Positions 26,768-36,150 of a stretch of DNA of 64,000 bases are shown here, piece after piece. The stretch is from positions 82,120-146,119 of the forward strand of contig CBDAFL010000085.1 in NCBI GenBank assembly GCA_965195225.1. The letters run 5' to 3'. Under the pieces are notes generated by a model, which was not told where the DNA came from, made no database searches, and saw only the letters and a list, made by a program, of their open reading frames with translations. A program made the position numbers and the translations under genes. How positions within the stretch are numbered: the stretch's first letter is position 1; every line of letters begins with the position of its first letter. This DNA comes from an uncultured Thermoguttaceae bacterium (lineage in GTDB: Bacteria; Planctomycetota; Planctomycetia; Pirellulales; Thermoguttaceae).

Positions 26768-28378
26768 TTGGTGCTGTCGAATTGTCCAATCCGCCGGAAA
26801 CTGCTGCTGGGACTGGCTCTGCTGGTGCTGGTCGTGGCGATCCTTTCCAGCACCGGATTGGTGGCCACCTACGCCTATCGCAATCTGGTCAACAGTCTGA
26901 GCTGGCGTGTGAGCGAGTTGCCGCTGGCGGCGGAACTCAGCACTCACGTGAGCGATCTGCGGATCACCATCGGAGAATTGCGCGGGCTGCGAATAAACAC
27001 TTTCCCCAACACAGATCACGATCTCGTGCCGATGCGGGTGCGGATGGCACGCGACCAGTTTCGCTGCCAGTTGGACGAGGTCGATCGGACACTGGAGCGA
27101 TATCGGGACCAGTTGGCCGGCGAAGCGCGGGCCGATCCACGTATGTCCGACCACCAGCGCGAGCGCGAGACGGTCCGCAAGATCGAGGCCCAACTGGAAC
27201 GCATCCGCACGGCCAACCGCGACGAGGACTGGATGCTCGACAACGTCAAGATCGGCTGGCTGGACGTGGAGTTGGAGCAGTTGCAGATACTTGCCTCGGA
27301 GTTGCCCAGCCACTTGCACTCAAAGCTGGCCGGATTTTCCCATGAAGTACGCGGACAGTATCGAGTGTTGATCGTCAGCGCGTGGACGGTTACCGTTTTG
27401 GCCGGGCTGTTTTTCCTGTTGTTCATGCGGCTCTCCTATCGCTGGGTCTTCCGACCGTTGCGGATGCTGATCGCCGGTTCGCGGCGGGTGGCCGCGGGCG
27501 AGTTCAGCTACCGTATCCGGCTCGACACCGAGGACGAGATGGCCGAATTGGCCAAGGCCATGAACGACATGACCGCCCGATTCCAGGAAATCCGCGACGA
27601 CCTGGACCGTCAGGTGCAGGTGCGTACCAAGCAGGTGGTCCGCAGCGAGCAGTTGGCCAGCGTGGGCTTTCTGGCCGCCGGAGTCGCCCACGAGATCAAC
27701 AATCCGCTGGCCTCGATCGCTATATGCGCCGAATCGTTGGAGGGCCGCCTCCAAACCACGCTCGACGAGGACGATCCGCAACGCGCCGTCGTGGGCAACT
27801 ATCTGCGGATGATCCAAACCGAGGCCTTCCGCTGCAAGGGGATCACCGAAAAGTTGTTGGACTTCTCCCGCATCGGACCGGGTAAGCGCGAAGAGACCGA
27901 GTTGGGAGAGTTGGTCCGCGACGTAATCGACATGATCGGCCACTTGGGCAAGTACCAGCGGAAGCACGTCGAGTTCGACCCCGCCGGGCCGGTGCCGGCG
28001 AAGGTGAATCCGCAGGAGATCAAGCAGATCGTGTTGAATCTGTTGAGCAATGCCCTGGACAGTTCGGCCGACGGCGACACGGTTCGCGTCGGGTTGGAGA
28101 CCCGCGAGGGATACGCCGTGCTGACGGTTTCGGACGACGGGTGCGGCATGACGCCCGAGGTGTTGGAGCACGTTTTCGAGCCGTTCTTCACCCGCCGCCG
28201 AGGCGGCCAAGGCATCGGATTGGGGTTGTCCATAACTTATCGAATTATCGCCGATCACGGCGGGGAAATTGAAGCCCAGAGCGCCGGCGCGGGCCACGGA
28301 TCGACGTTCCGCATCCGCCTGCCGCTGCCGGCTTCCAACAAGGAGAGCGACGATTATTTCCACTCCCGAGCCGCATAA
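26768..28378 (+). CDS. Sensor histidine kinase (TM-HAMP-HisKA-HATPase, NtrB/AtoS-like)
   Basis: TTG start 5 nt after AGGAGG. Two TM segments, a HAMP region, H-box GVAHEINNPLASI, and the N/G1/G2 boxes (NLLSNALDS, DDGCGM, GIGLGLS). Confidence 0.9.
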   Translation: MVLSNCPIRRKLLLGLALLVLVVAILSSTGLVATYAYRNLVNSLSWRVSELPLAAELSTHVSDLRITIGELRGLRINTFPNTDHDLVPMRVRMARDQFRCQLDEVDRTLERYRDQLAGEARADPRMSDHQRERETVRKIEAQLERIRTANRDEDWMLDNVKIGWLDVELEQLQILASELPSHLHSKLAGFSHEVRGQYRVLIVSAWTVTVLAGLFFLLFMRLSYRWVFRPLRMLIAGSRRVAAGEFSYRIRLDTEDEMAELAKAMNDMTARFQEIRDDLDRQVQVRTKQVVRSEQLASVGFLAAGVAHEINNPLASIAICAESLEGRLQTTLDEDDPQRAVVGNYLRMIQTEAFRCKGITEKLLDFSRIGPGKREETELGELVRDVIDMIGHLGKYQRKHVEFDPAGPVPAKVNPQEIKQIVLNLLSNALDSSADGDTVRVGLETREGYAVLTVSDDGCGMTPEVLEHVFEPFFTRRRGGQGIGLGLSITYRIIADHGGEIEAQSAGAGHGSTFRIRLPLPASNKESDDYFHSRAA

Positions 28379-28391
28379 GAGACTGAAGCTG

Positions 28392-29735
<1,344 letters not shown>

Positions 29736-29763
29736 CCGGCCCATAAAGCCGCGACCGGACACT

Positions 29764-29844
<81 letters not shown>

Positions 29845-29859
29845 TTTTTCAACGGGCGG

Positions 29860-31173
29860 CTATATGGCGTCGCGAGTCCGGGGCACGTCGTTCGATCCCG
29901 ATCGGGCGAAAACCACTTGGAACAGTTGTAGCCCGCCGGTGCTGAACGCCGCGATCGAGCCGGATAGATACAGCCGCCATGTGCGGACGAACCGTTCGTC
30001 GAACATCTCCGCCACCCGTTCGGCCGACGCCTCGAAACGATCCAACCACCGGCGGAGCGTTTTGGCGTAGTGCAGCCGCAGATTTTCCACGTCGAGGACG
30101 GAGAAGCCCGGCGTCTCGAAGATGTCCATCATTTCCCGCAGCGTGGGCGGATACGCGCCGGGGAATATGCGGCGCTCGATCCAGGGGTTGGTCTCGCTGG
30201 AGCGGTCTTGCCCGATCGACTGGATCAATCCGCGTCCTCCGGCGTTCAGGCAACGGTCGGCCACGCGGCCGAACTCGCGGTAATGTGCCGCGCCGACGTG
30301 CTCCAACATACCCAGCGAGACCAGCGCGTCGAATCGGCCGGTGGCGTTTCGATAGTCGTCCTCGACGAACTCCACGCGGGAGTCGAGTCCCTCGGCCTTC
30401 GCCCGGCGGCGGGCAAATTGAACCTGCTCTCTCGATATGTTGTACGACTTGACGGTGACGCCGTAGTCGCGGGCCAGCAGCAGTCCCATCGCGCCCCAGC
30501 CGCCGCCGATCTCGACGACCGTTCCTCCGGGGCGCAGCCAGAGCTTTCGGCAGACGTAATCCAGCTTTGCCCGCTGCGCCTCTTCGAGCGTCATCGACGG
30601 CGAGGGAAAATACGCGCCGCTGTAGACCATCTCGTCGTCGAGCCAGAGCCGGTAGAAATCGTTGCCCAGGTCGTAGTGGCGATGGATGTTTCGGCGTGCG
30701 CCGCGGACGGTGTTTGCCGCGGCGTGATGCAACCGGCGCAACAGCCCGGAAGGGACGAGGCTCCCCGAGCGGCCCGCCGCCGAGCGCGTGCGATGGATGG
30801 TTTCCAAAAAAGCGACCAAATCGCCTTCCACCACGAGCCGTCCGTCGCTGTAGGCCTCGCCAAACTGATAGTTCGGATCGAGCAGCACTTTCCAGAACGT
30901 CGCGCGATCTCGCAGAACGACGCGGGCCGACGGCGGGGCGTCGCTCGTGGCGATCTCTTCGCCGTTCCAAAGCACGAGCCGCAACGGCGGAGAGCCGACC
31001 GCGCGGAGTAGACGGTGGGCAAGAAGCCGCTCGATGCCCGATACCCGACTGCCGCTCGCCGCGATTGGATTCGACCCAGCCGGAGCAGACGGTCTAGACG
31101 GCGGCATTTCGATCGATGGAAGATTCGCTGGAGACATTGGGGACACCTCCGGAACAGGAAATGCGGGGCCCAA
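29860..31173 (-). CDS. cfa: Cyclopropane-fatty-acyl-phospholipid synthase family methyltransferase
   Basis: HYDLGNDFYRLWLD, VVEIGGGWG (SAM motif I) and the MLEHVG / RLHYAKTLRRW pattern typical of Cfa/mycolic acid cyclopropane synthases. The exact start among several Met codons is uncertain. Confidence 0.85.
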   Translation of the reverse strand: MGPAFPVPEVSPMSPANLPSIEMPPSRPSAPAGSNPIAASGSRVSGIERLLAHRLLRAVGSPPLRLVLWNGEEIATSDAPPSARVVLRDRATFWKVLLDPNYQFGEAYSDGRLVVEGDLVAFLETIHRTRSAAGRSGSLVPSGLLRRLHHAAANTVRGARRNIHRHYDLGNDFYRLWLDDEMVYSGAYFPSPSMTLEEAQRAKLDYVCRKLWLRPGGTVVEIGGGWGAMGLLLARDYGVTVKSYNISREQVQFARRRAKAEGLDSRVEFVEDDYRNATGRFDALVSLGMLEHVGAAHYREFGRVADRCLNAGGRGLIQSIGQDRSSETNPWIERRIFPGAYPPTLREMMDIFETPGFSVLDVENLRLHYAKTLRRWLDRFEASAERVAEMFDERFVRTWRLYLSGSIAAFSTGGLQLFQVVFARSGSNDVPRTRDAI

Positions 31174-31245
31174 ACCTCACAAAACGAACGATTTGGGTAT
31201 ATTCTACTCTTCTCGTACATCCGTGCAATAACCACAGGCGGTGAT

Positions 31246-31449
31246 GTAACCGTTCACGGGCCGGCCGGGGACTGGTCCATTTTTCGGCGAAAAAACGCGT
31301 TTTGCCGACGAACCGTTGGCCGAAAACATGAACCTGTCCCCTTCCCGCGGCGCCAGGGGGACAGTCCCATTTTCACGGCGGTCAAGTCAATTCGTCTGGC
31401 AATGTCCCTCACGCCGCGAAAATTGGGACAGTCCCCTGTGAACGGTTAC
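31246..31449 (+). mobile_element. MITE-like repeat, copy A (about 204 bp, terminal inverted repeats GTAACCGTTCAC...GTGAACGGTTAC)
   Basis: Its reverse complement aligns end to end with 41068-41272, with about a dozen substitutions or 1-nt indels by eye. It contains several GGGAC.GTCCC-type internal palindromes and has no coding capacity. Confidence 0.75.
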
Positions 31450-31529
31450 GCGGTGATTGTCACATCGCCACTGGTGGTTTACCATAAATCCGTGGCGGTG
31501 GTGTGAATAGGTAGAAAATTACTCATATC

Positions 31530-31949
31530 GTGGGCTTATCCGCTGTGAACTTCCACTGTTTCCTTGCCGACGTTATCGTGATTGTTCATTTCGCTTACGT
31601 CGCGTTCGTCGTCGTCGGGATGGGGGCGATTCTCGCCGGCATCGTCATGCGCTGGCGGTGGGTGCGGAACTTTTGGTTTCGCATGGTTCATCTGCTGATG
31701 ATCGCCGTGGTCGTGGCCGAATCGCTCTGCGGCATTCTCTGTCCGCTGACCGAATGGGAGGATCGGTTGCGCGAAGCGGGCGGGCGGCCGAACGAGCCGG
31801 GTGGTTTCATCGCCCGATGGGCGCACGATTTGTTGTTCGTCGATCTGACCTTTTCCGAGATGACGGTTTACTACGTTGCCTTCGGTCTGGCCGTCTTGTT
31901 GACGTTTATTCTAGCGCCGCCACGCCTGCCGTGGGGTAAGTCATCGTAG
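31530..31949 (+). CDS. DUF2784-like small membrane protein
   Basis: Four hydrophobic helices and the CPLTEWE motif (SLCGILCPLTEWEDRLR), as I recall for the DUF2784 family. GTG start. Confidence 0.6.
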   Translation: MGLSAVNFHCFLADVIVIVHFAYVAFVVVGMGAILAGIVMRWRWVRNFWFRMVHLLMIAVVVAESLCGILCPLTEWEDRLREAGGRPNEPGGFIARWAHDLLFVDLTFSEMTVYYVAFGLAVLLTFILAPPRLPWGKSS

Positions 31950-31972
31950 GACAGGTTGTCAACCTGTCCCAC
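31947..31972. repeat. Palindromic element GTAGGACAGGTTGTCAACCTGTCCCAC
   Basis: Read directly. It overlaps the stop codon of the DUF2784-like gene. It belongs to the same family as 35415-35442, 35454-35481 and 9971-9992. Confidence 0.8.
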
Positions 31973-31976
31973 GGAC

Positions 31977-32005
31977 TTGCCTTGCCGGCGAAAAACTGGT
32001 AGAAT
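31977..32005 (+). promoter_or_regulatory. Near-consensus sigma70 promoter with extended -10
   Basis: TTGCCT (31977-31982), a 17-nt spacer ending in TGG, then TAGAAT (32000-32005), which gives TGnTAGAAT. The predicted transcription start is about 32011-32013. Confidence 0.55.
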
Positions 32006-32010
32006 CCATA

Positions 32011-32222
32011 GTGGTCCTCTACCATGTTCGTGATGTCGATGCGATAATTTGGTGAGCCGATACCTGCCCGTTGGGCACCGGTATTAAAAATCCTGGCCGC
32101 GTGTATAGCCGTCGTCCGACTCGTTCGTCGGCGGATCACACAACCCGGGGTTCGGGTGCCCCCTTGCAATGACGGGCTCTCAAAAAAGCATCGCCACGGC
32201 ATTCCGGTGGAGGACCTTTTTT
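32011..32222 (+). ncRNA. Candidate structured small RNA (rod-like fold, class unknown; 6S-like or larE leader)
   Basis: The 5' end GGTCCTCTACC (32013-32023) pairs with GGTGGAGGACC (32206-32216) over 11 bp, followed by TTTTTT. Further collinear pairings are GTG/CAC, CGATGC/GCATCG (32037-42 with 32188-93) and GAGCC/GGCTC. There are internal hairpins such as ATACC-TGCCC-GTT-GGGCA-CC-GGTAT. No ORF. A strong promoter lies immediately upstream. Confidence 0.4.
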
Positions 32223-32299
32223 GTTTTCAGTTTTCAGTTTTCAGTGGTCAGTTGTAGTTGCTGACTTCTGACTGACAACTGATTACTGACAACTGATTA
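32223..32299 (+). repeat. Short tandem repeats in the larE leader (GTTTTCA x3; CTGACAACTGATTA x2)
   Basis: The heptamers at 32223-32243 and the 14-mers at 32272-32285 and 32286-32299 were read directly. GTCAGTTG / CAACTGAC can pair. Confidence 0.8.
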
Positions 32300-32306
32300 C
32301 TCAGTC

Positions 32307-33152
32307 ATGCTCGAACTTCCCGCCGAACTGATCGCCAAACGCGACCGATTGATTGATCTGCTGCGGAGCTACGGCAGTTGCGCGGTGGCGTTCTCCGGCG
32401 GATTGGACAGTACGGTGCTTGCCCAGGCGGCGCGTCTGGCGCTCGGAGATCGGGCCGTGGCCGTCACCGGCGTAAGCGCGAGCATGGCCGCCGGCGAACT
32501 GGACGAGGCTGATCGACTTGCCCGGCGCATCCGTCTCCGGCACGAAACCGTCCCAACCGGCGAACTCTCCGTCCCGGCTTATTGCGAGAACCAGGCCGAC
32601 CGTTGCTACCACTGCAAGATGGAATTGTTCGCACGGGTTGAGCGAGTCGCACGACGCTTGGAGTTGGCCGTAGTGGCCGACGGCGGCAACCTCGACGACC
32701 GGGACGATTACCGGCCGGGGCTGCAAGCCGCCCGTCAATGCAACGTACAAACCCCAATGGCCGAATGCGGATTGACAAAGGCGGAGATTCGTCTTCTGGC
32801 CGAGGCCTGGGAACTGCCCGTCCGGGACAAGCCGGCCACGCCCTGTCTGAGCAGCCGCATCGCATACGGCGAGCGAATCGCGCCCGAGCGGCTCAAAATG
32901 GTCGATCGGGCCGAGCAGTTCTTGCGGGATCGCGGTTTCCGGCCGTTGAGGGTAAGATACCACAAGGGCGACATGGCCCGAATCGAGGTGTCCGTCGAGC
33001 AGTTGCCGAAGTTTTCCAACGATCAATTCCGCAGCGAGCTGATCGAGCATTTCCGCTCGTTGGGTTTCAAGTACGTATCGCTCGATCTGGAGGGATTTCG
33101 CAGCGGCAGCATGAACGTGGTGTTGGAGGAGGGATTAGGGATTGGGGATTAG
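32307..33152 (+). CDS. larE: PP-loop ATP-utilising enzyme, LarE-like sulfur transferase family
   Basis: AVAFSGGLDSTVLA (SGGxDS PP-loop), the conserved Cys region (ATPCLSSRI) and a C-terminal RVRYHKGDMARIEV pattern typical of the TIGR00268/LarE family. Confidence 0.75.
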   Translation: MLELPAELIAKRDRLIDLLRSYGSCAVAFSGGLDSTVLAQAARLALGDRAVAVTGVSASMAAGELDEADRLARRIRLRHETVPTGELSVPAYCENQADRCYHCKMELFARVERVARRLELAVVADGGNLDDRDDYRPGLQAARQCNVQTPMAECGLTKAEIRLLAEAWELPVRDKPATPCLSSRIAYGERIAPERLKMVDRAEQFLRDRGFRPLRVRYHKGDMARIEVSVEQLPKFSNDQFRSELIEHFRSLGFKYVSLDLEGFRSGSMNVVLEEGLGIGD

Positions 33153-33350
33153 TGATTCTGGAAGTTGACGGCCATGAGCAAGAATCAAAGCACCGGCCGA
33201 AAGACGAGGAAGATCGTCCGCACGCCGGCCACCAAGTGCGCGCATTTGCGCAAACGGATGCAACAGCGGAAATTAGACAGCAACAAAGCGCCGCGTGGAC
33301 GCGGCGGCTAAACGATCTAATCCCGAACCCCCAGTCCCGAACCCCGTTCC

Positions 33351-35183
33351 ATGTACCGCAGCCTCCGCCAGTGCGTCGATGATCTGGAAGCGACGGGGCA
33401 ACTGTTGCGTATCGACGCGCCGATCGACGCAAACCTGGAAATGGCGGAGATTCAGCGGCGAGTGTTTCGCGCCGGCGGGCCGGCACTGTTCTTCTCGAAC
33501 GTCGTCGGCTGTCGCTTCCCGATGGTCGGCAACCTGTTCGGCACGATCGATCGGGCGCGATACATCTTCCGCGATTCGCTCGACCGGCTGCGGCAACTGA
33601 TCTCGCTTCAAGTCGATCCGTCGGACCTGATGCGTCGGCCGCGTCTGTATCTAAAGGCCCCGTGGAGCGCACTGTTGACTCGGCCGCGAAAAGTTCGCCG
33701 CGGACCGGTGCTGGACTGCGAAACCACGCTCGACGAGTTGCCGCAGTTGAAGTCGTGGCCCGACGACGGCGGTCCGTACGTCACGCTGCCGCAAGTCTAC
33801 AGCGAAGCCCCCGACGCCCCGGGCTTCGCGCGGAGCAACTTGGGGATGTACCGTGTGCAGCTTTCGGGCGGACGGTACGTACCGAACCGCGAGGTCGGTC
33901 TGCATTATCAGATACACCGCGGCATCGCGGCCCATCATGCCACGGCGCTGCGGCGGGGCGAGACGCTGCCGGTCAACGTCTTCGTCGGCGGGCCGCCGGC
34001 GATGACGCTGGCCGCCGTAATGCCGTTGCCCGAGGGAATGAGCGAATTGACCATCGCTGGCGTGTTGGGGCGACGACGTGTGCCGATGATCTGCCGTGCT
34101 GGGCAATTACCCATCCACGCCGCGGCCGATTTCTGCATCGCCGGCCGGATCGACCCCGCGCGGTTGAAGCCCGAGGGGCCGTTCGGCGATCACTTGGGCT
34201 ACTATAGCCTGGCCCACGATTTCCCCGTCATGCAAGTCGAGCACGTCTATCATCGGCGGGACGCGATCTGGCCCTTCACGGTCGTCGGGCGTCCGCCGCA
34301 AGAAGACTCCGTGCTGGGACAGCTTATCCACGAACTGGCTGAGCCGGCGATACCGAAGCAGATTCCCGGCGTTCGAGCGGTCCACGCGGTCGATGCCGCC
34401 GGGGTGCATCCGCTGCTGCTGGCCATCGGAAGCGAACGATACGTCCCCTACGACGAGCTTCGCCGGCCGAGGGAACTGCTCACGCTGGCCAACGCATTGT
34501 TGGGCCATGGGCAGTTGTCGCTGGCCAAGTACCTGTGGATCGCCGCCATCGAGGACGATCCGACGCTGGATGTGCGCCGAGTTCCCGACTTTTTCCGCCA
34601 CGTGCTGGAGCGCGTCGATTGGCGGCGCGATCTGCACTTTCAGACCTGCACGACGATCGACACGCTCGACTACAGTGGCGGACGAATCAACGAAGGCTCG
34701 AAGGTGGCGATTGCGGCGGCCGGACGACCGATAAGAACACTGCCGACCACCCGTGACGGACTGACGCTGCCCGAGGAGTTGGGTTTCCGCAATCCGCGGG
34801 TGGTAATGCCCGGCGTTTTGGTAGTGGAAGGGCCGGCATATCAAAGTGGCGCGGACCGGACGATCGAGCGGTTCTGTGGATGTTTCCGCCGGGAGGACGC
34901 GATTTGTGCCTTTCCCCTGGTGGTCGTGGTCGATCGGAGCGAGTTCGCCGCGGAGACCCTGGAAAACTTCCTCTGGACTACATTTACGCGGAGCAATCCG
35001 GCATCGGACATTTACGGCATCGAGCCGTTCTGCTCGGAGAAGCATTGGGGGTGTCACGGCTCGGTGGTGATAGATGCCCGCGGCAAGCCGCATCACGCCC
35101 CGCCGGTGGTCGAAGACGCGGAGGTGACCCGTCGTGTTGACGAACTGGCGGCTCGCGGCGGCCCGTTGCACGGGGTCATCTGA
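33351..35183 (+). CDS. UbiD-family (prenyl-FMN-dependent) decarboxylase
   Basis: 610 aa. The N-terminus LRQCVDDLEATGQLLRIDAPIDANLEMAEIQRRV, GMYRVQL and HYQIHRGIAAH segments are collinear with UbiD/menaquinone-biosynthesis decarboxylases. Confidence 0.8.
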   Translation: MYRSLRQCVDDLEATGQLLRIDAPIDANLEMAEIQRRVFRAGGPALFFSNVVGCRFPMVGNLFGTIDRARYIFRDSLDRLRQLISLQVDPSDLMRRPRLYLKAPWSALLTRPRKVRRGPVLDCETTLDELPQLKSWPDDGGPYVTLPQVYSEAPDAPGFARSNLGMYRVQLSGGRYVPNREVGLHYQIHRGIAAHHATALRRGETLPVNVFVGGPPAMTLAAVMPLPEGMSELTIAGVLGRRRVPMICRAGQLPIHAAADFCIAGRIDPARLKPEGPFGDHLGYYSLAHDFPVMQVEHVYHRRDAIWPFTVVGRPPQEDSVLGQLIHELAEPAIPKQIPGVRAVHAVDAAGVHPLLLAIGSERYVPYDELRRPRELLTLANALLGHGQLSLAKYLWIAAIEDDPTLDVRRVPDFFRHVLERVDWRRDLHFQTCTTIDTLDYSGGRINEGSKVAIAAAGRPIRTLPTTRDGLTLPEELGFRNPRVVMPGVLVVEGPAYQSGADRTIERFCGCFRREDAICAFPLVVVVDRSEFAAETLENFLWTTFTRSNPASDIYGIEPFCSEKHWGCHGSVVIDARGKPHHAPPVVEDAEVTRRVDELAARGGPLHGVI

Positions 35184-35315
35184 ACGATTGCGCGTTATCC
35201 GCGAACAAGCCAAACTCGCCATTGCCCCCATCTTCCCGGTTCTGCTACTTTCCGTCCGGCAAAAGTTGCGAAATCGGTATAGTCTGCCATTTTTACGGCC
35301 GATCCTAAGAATACC

Positions 35316-36077
35316 ATGTGGTGTAAAGACTGCCGCCAGGATGTGCCTGCGCTGTTGTCGGGCGACAAGCAGGCGTTTTGCTGTCCCCGTTGCGGTGGGA
35401 TGCTCTGCGCCGATAGTAGGACAGGTTGCCAACCTGTCCCACGCGAAACAGGCAGTAGGACAGGTTGCCAACCTGTCCCACAAACCGATTCGCCGCCTTG
35501 CTATGACGGCTGGGAGACGGGCGAGGAGTTGAACGAGATCGGCCGGTCATTGCGAGGCACGAAACACGACGACCGCCAGTCGAAGGCGATCTATCGCCGC
35601 GAGTCGATGCGGTTCGACCAGCCCCACGTCGAGCAGCCCTCCAAGCGGCGCAAGACCGCAACCGACAAGCGCGGCGTCGCCCCGTCCGTGTTGACTTGGC
35701 TCTCGCTGGCGTTGGGGACCACCGGCCTCGTGTGCGGTGGGGTACTGATGGGCTGGTCGCTCGCGACCGGCCGGCAGGAGCTTTGGACCATCGGCTTGCC
35801 GGTGGCGTTGATAAGTCCAATCGCGCTGATGATCGGTCTGGTGTTGCAACTCGACCGGATATGGCGAGACAACCGCCGCGCGGCGGCCAAGCTCGACAAC
35901 GTGGACGAGCAGCTCCGCGATCTAAAGACCGCCACCAATCTGTTGAGTACGAGTCATGGCCCGGCCTCGACGACGTTCTATTCGCACTTCGCCGGCGGCG
36001 CCAGTCCGCAACTGCTGCTGACCGATCTGAAGAGTCAGCTCGACCTGTTGGCGATGAGGATCGCGCAGGACGAGTAA
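35316..36077 (+). CDS. Hypothetical membrane protein with N-terminal zinc-ribbon (CxxC...CPRC)
   Basis: MWCKDCRQ...FCCPRCGG, then two predicted TM helices and a C-terminal coiled coil. It contains two in-frame copies of a palindromic repeat, each encoding SRTGCQPVP. Confidence 0.55.
   Translation: MWCKDCRQDVPALLSGDKQAFCCPRCGGMLCADSRTGCQPVPRETGSRTGCQPVPQTDSPPCYDGWETGEELNEIGRSLRGTKHDDRQSKAIYRRESMRFDQPHVEQPSKRRKTATDKRGVAPSVLTWLSLALGTTGLVCGGVLMGWSLATGRQELWTIGLPVALISPIALMIGLVLQLDRIWRDNRRAAAKLDNVDEQLRDLKTATNLLSTSHGPASTTFYSHFAGGASPQLLLTDLKSQLDLLAMRIAQDE
35415..35481. repeat. Two identical 28-nt palindromic elements (AGTAGGACAGGTTGCCAACCTGTCCCAC), 39-nt period, inside a CDS
   Basis: Copies at 35415-35442 and 35454-35481 were read directly. 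The period is 13 codons. Confidence 0.85.
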
Positions 36078-36150
36078 TAATTTCGCTCTCTTGACTTTTC
36101 TGGTAAAATGGGGGTGTTCGTGAATTGGCCCGGATTTCATCGACCGTTGA

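Noticed and set aside
28269-28391. ATG at 28269 as the start of the NtrC-type regulator
   Set aside because: It would overlap the kinase gene by 110 nt and add a 41-residue Arg/Ala/Ser/Thr/Pro-rich extension before the receiver domain. A start at TTG 28392, right at the receiver domain, is more plausible but unproven.
29849-31011. 373-aa and 313-aa ORFs overlapping cfa in other frames or on the other strand
   Set aside because: Only the 29860-31173 minus frame shows SAM-methyltransferase motifs. The others are Arg-rich shadows.
31015-31506. ORFs running through the MITE-like copies (31015-31506 plus strand; 40862-41326 and 40942-41202 minus strand)
   Set aside because: They span a non-coding repeat with terminal inverted repeats. 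The two copies differ by indels that would break a conserved frame.
34107-35483. 458-aa minus-strand ORF starting with MWDRLATCPT...WDRLATCPT
   Set aside because: It is antisense to the UbiD-family gene. Its repeated N-terminus is simply the reverse-strand translation of the duplicated palindromic element.
36085-36112. TTGACT ... TAAAAT as a promoter for uvrC
   Set aside because: The hexamers are only 7 nt apart, which is incompatible with sigma70 spacing.
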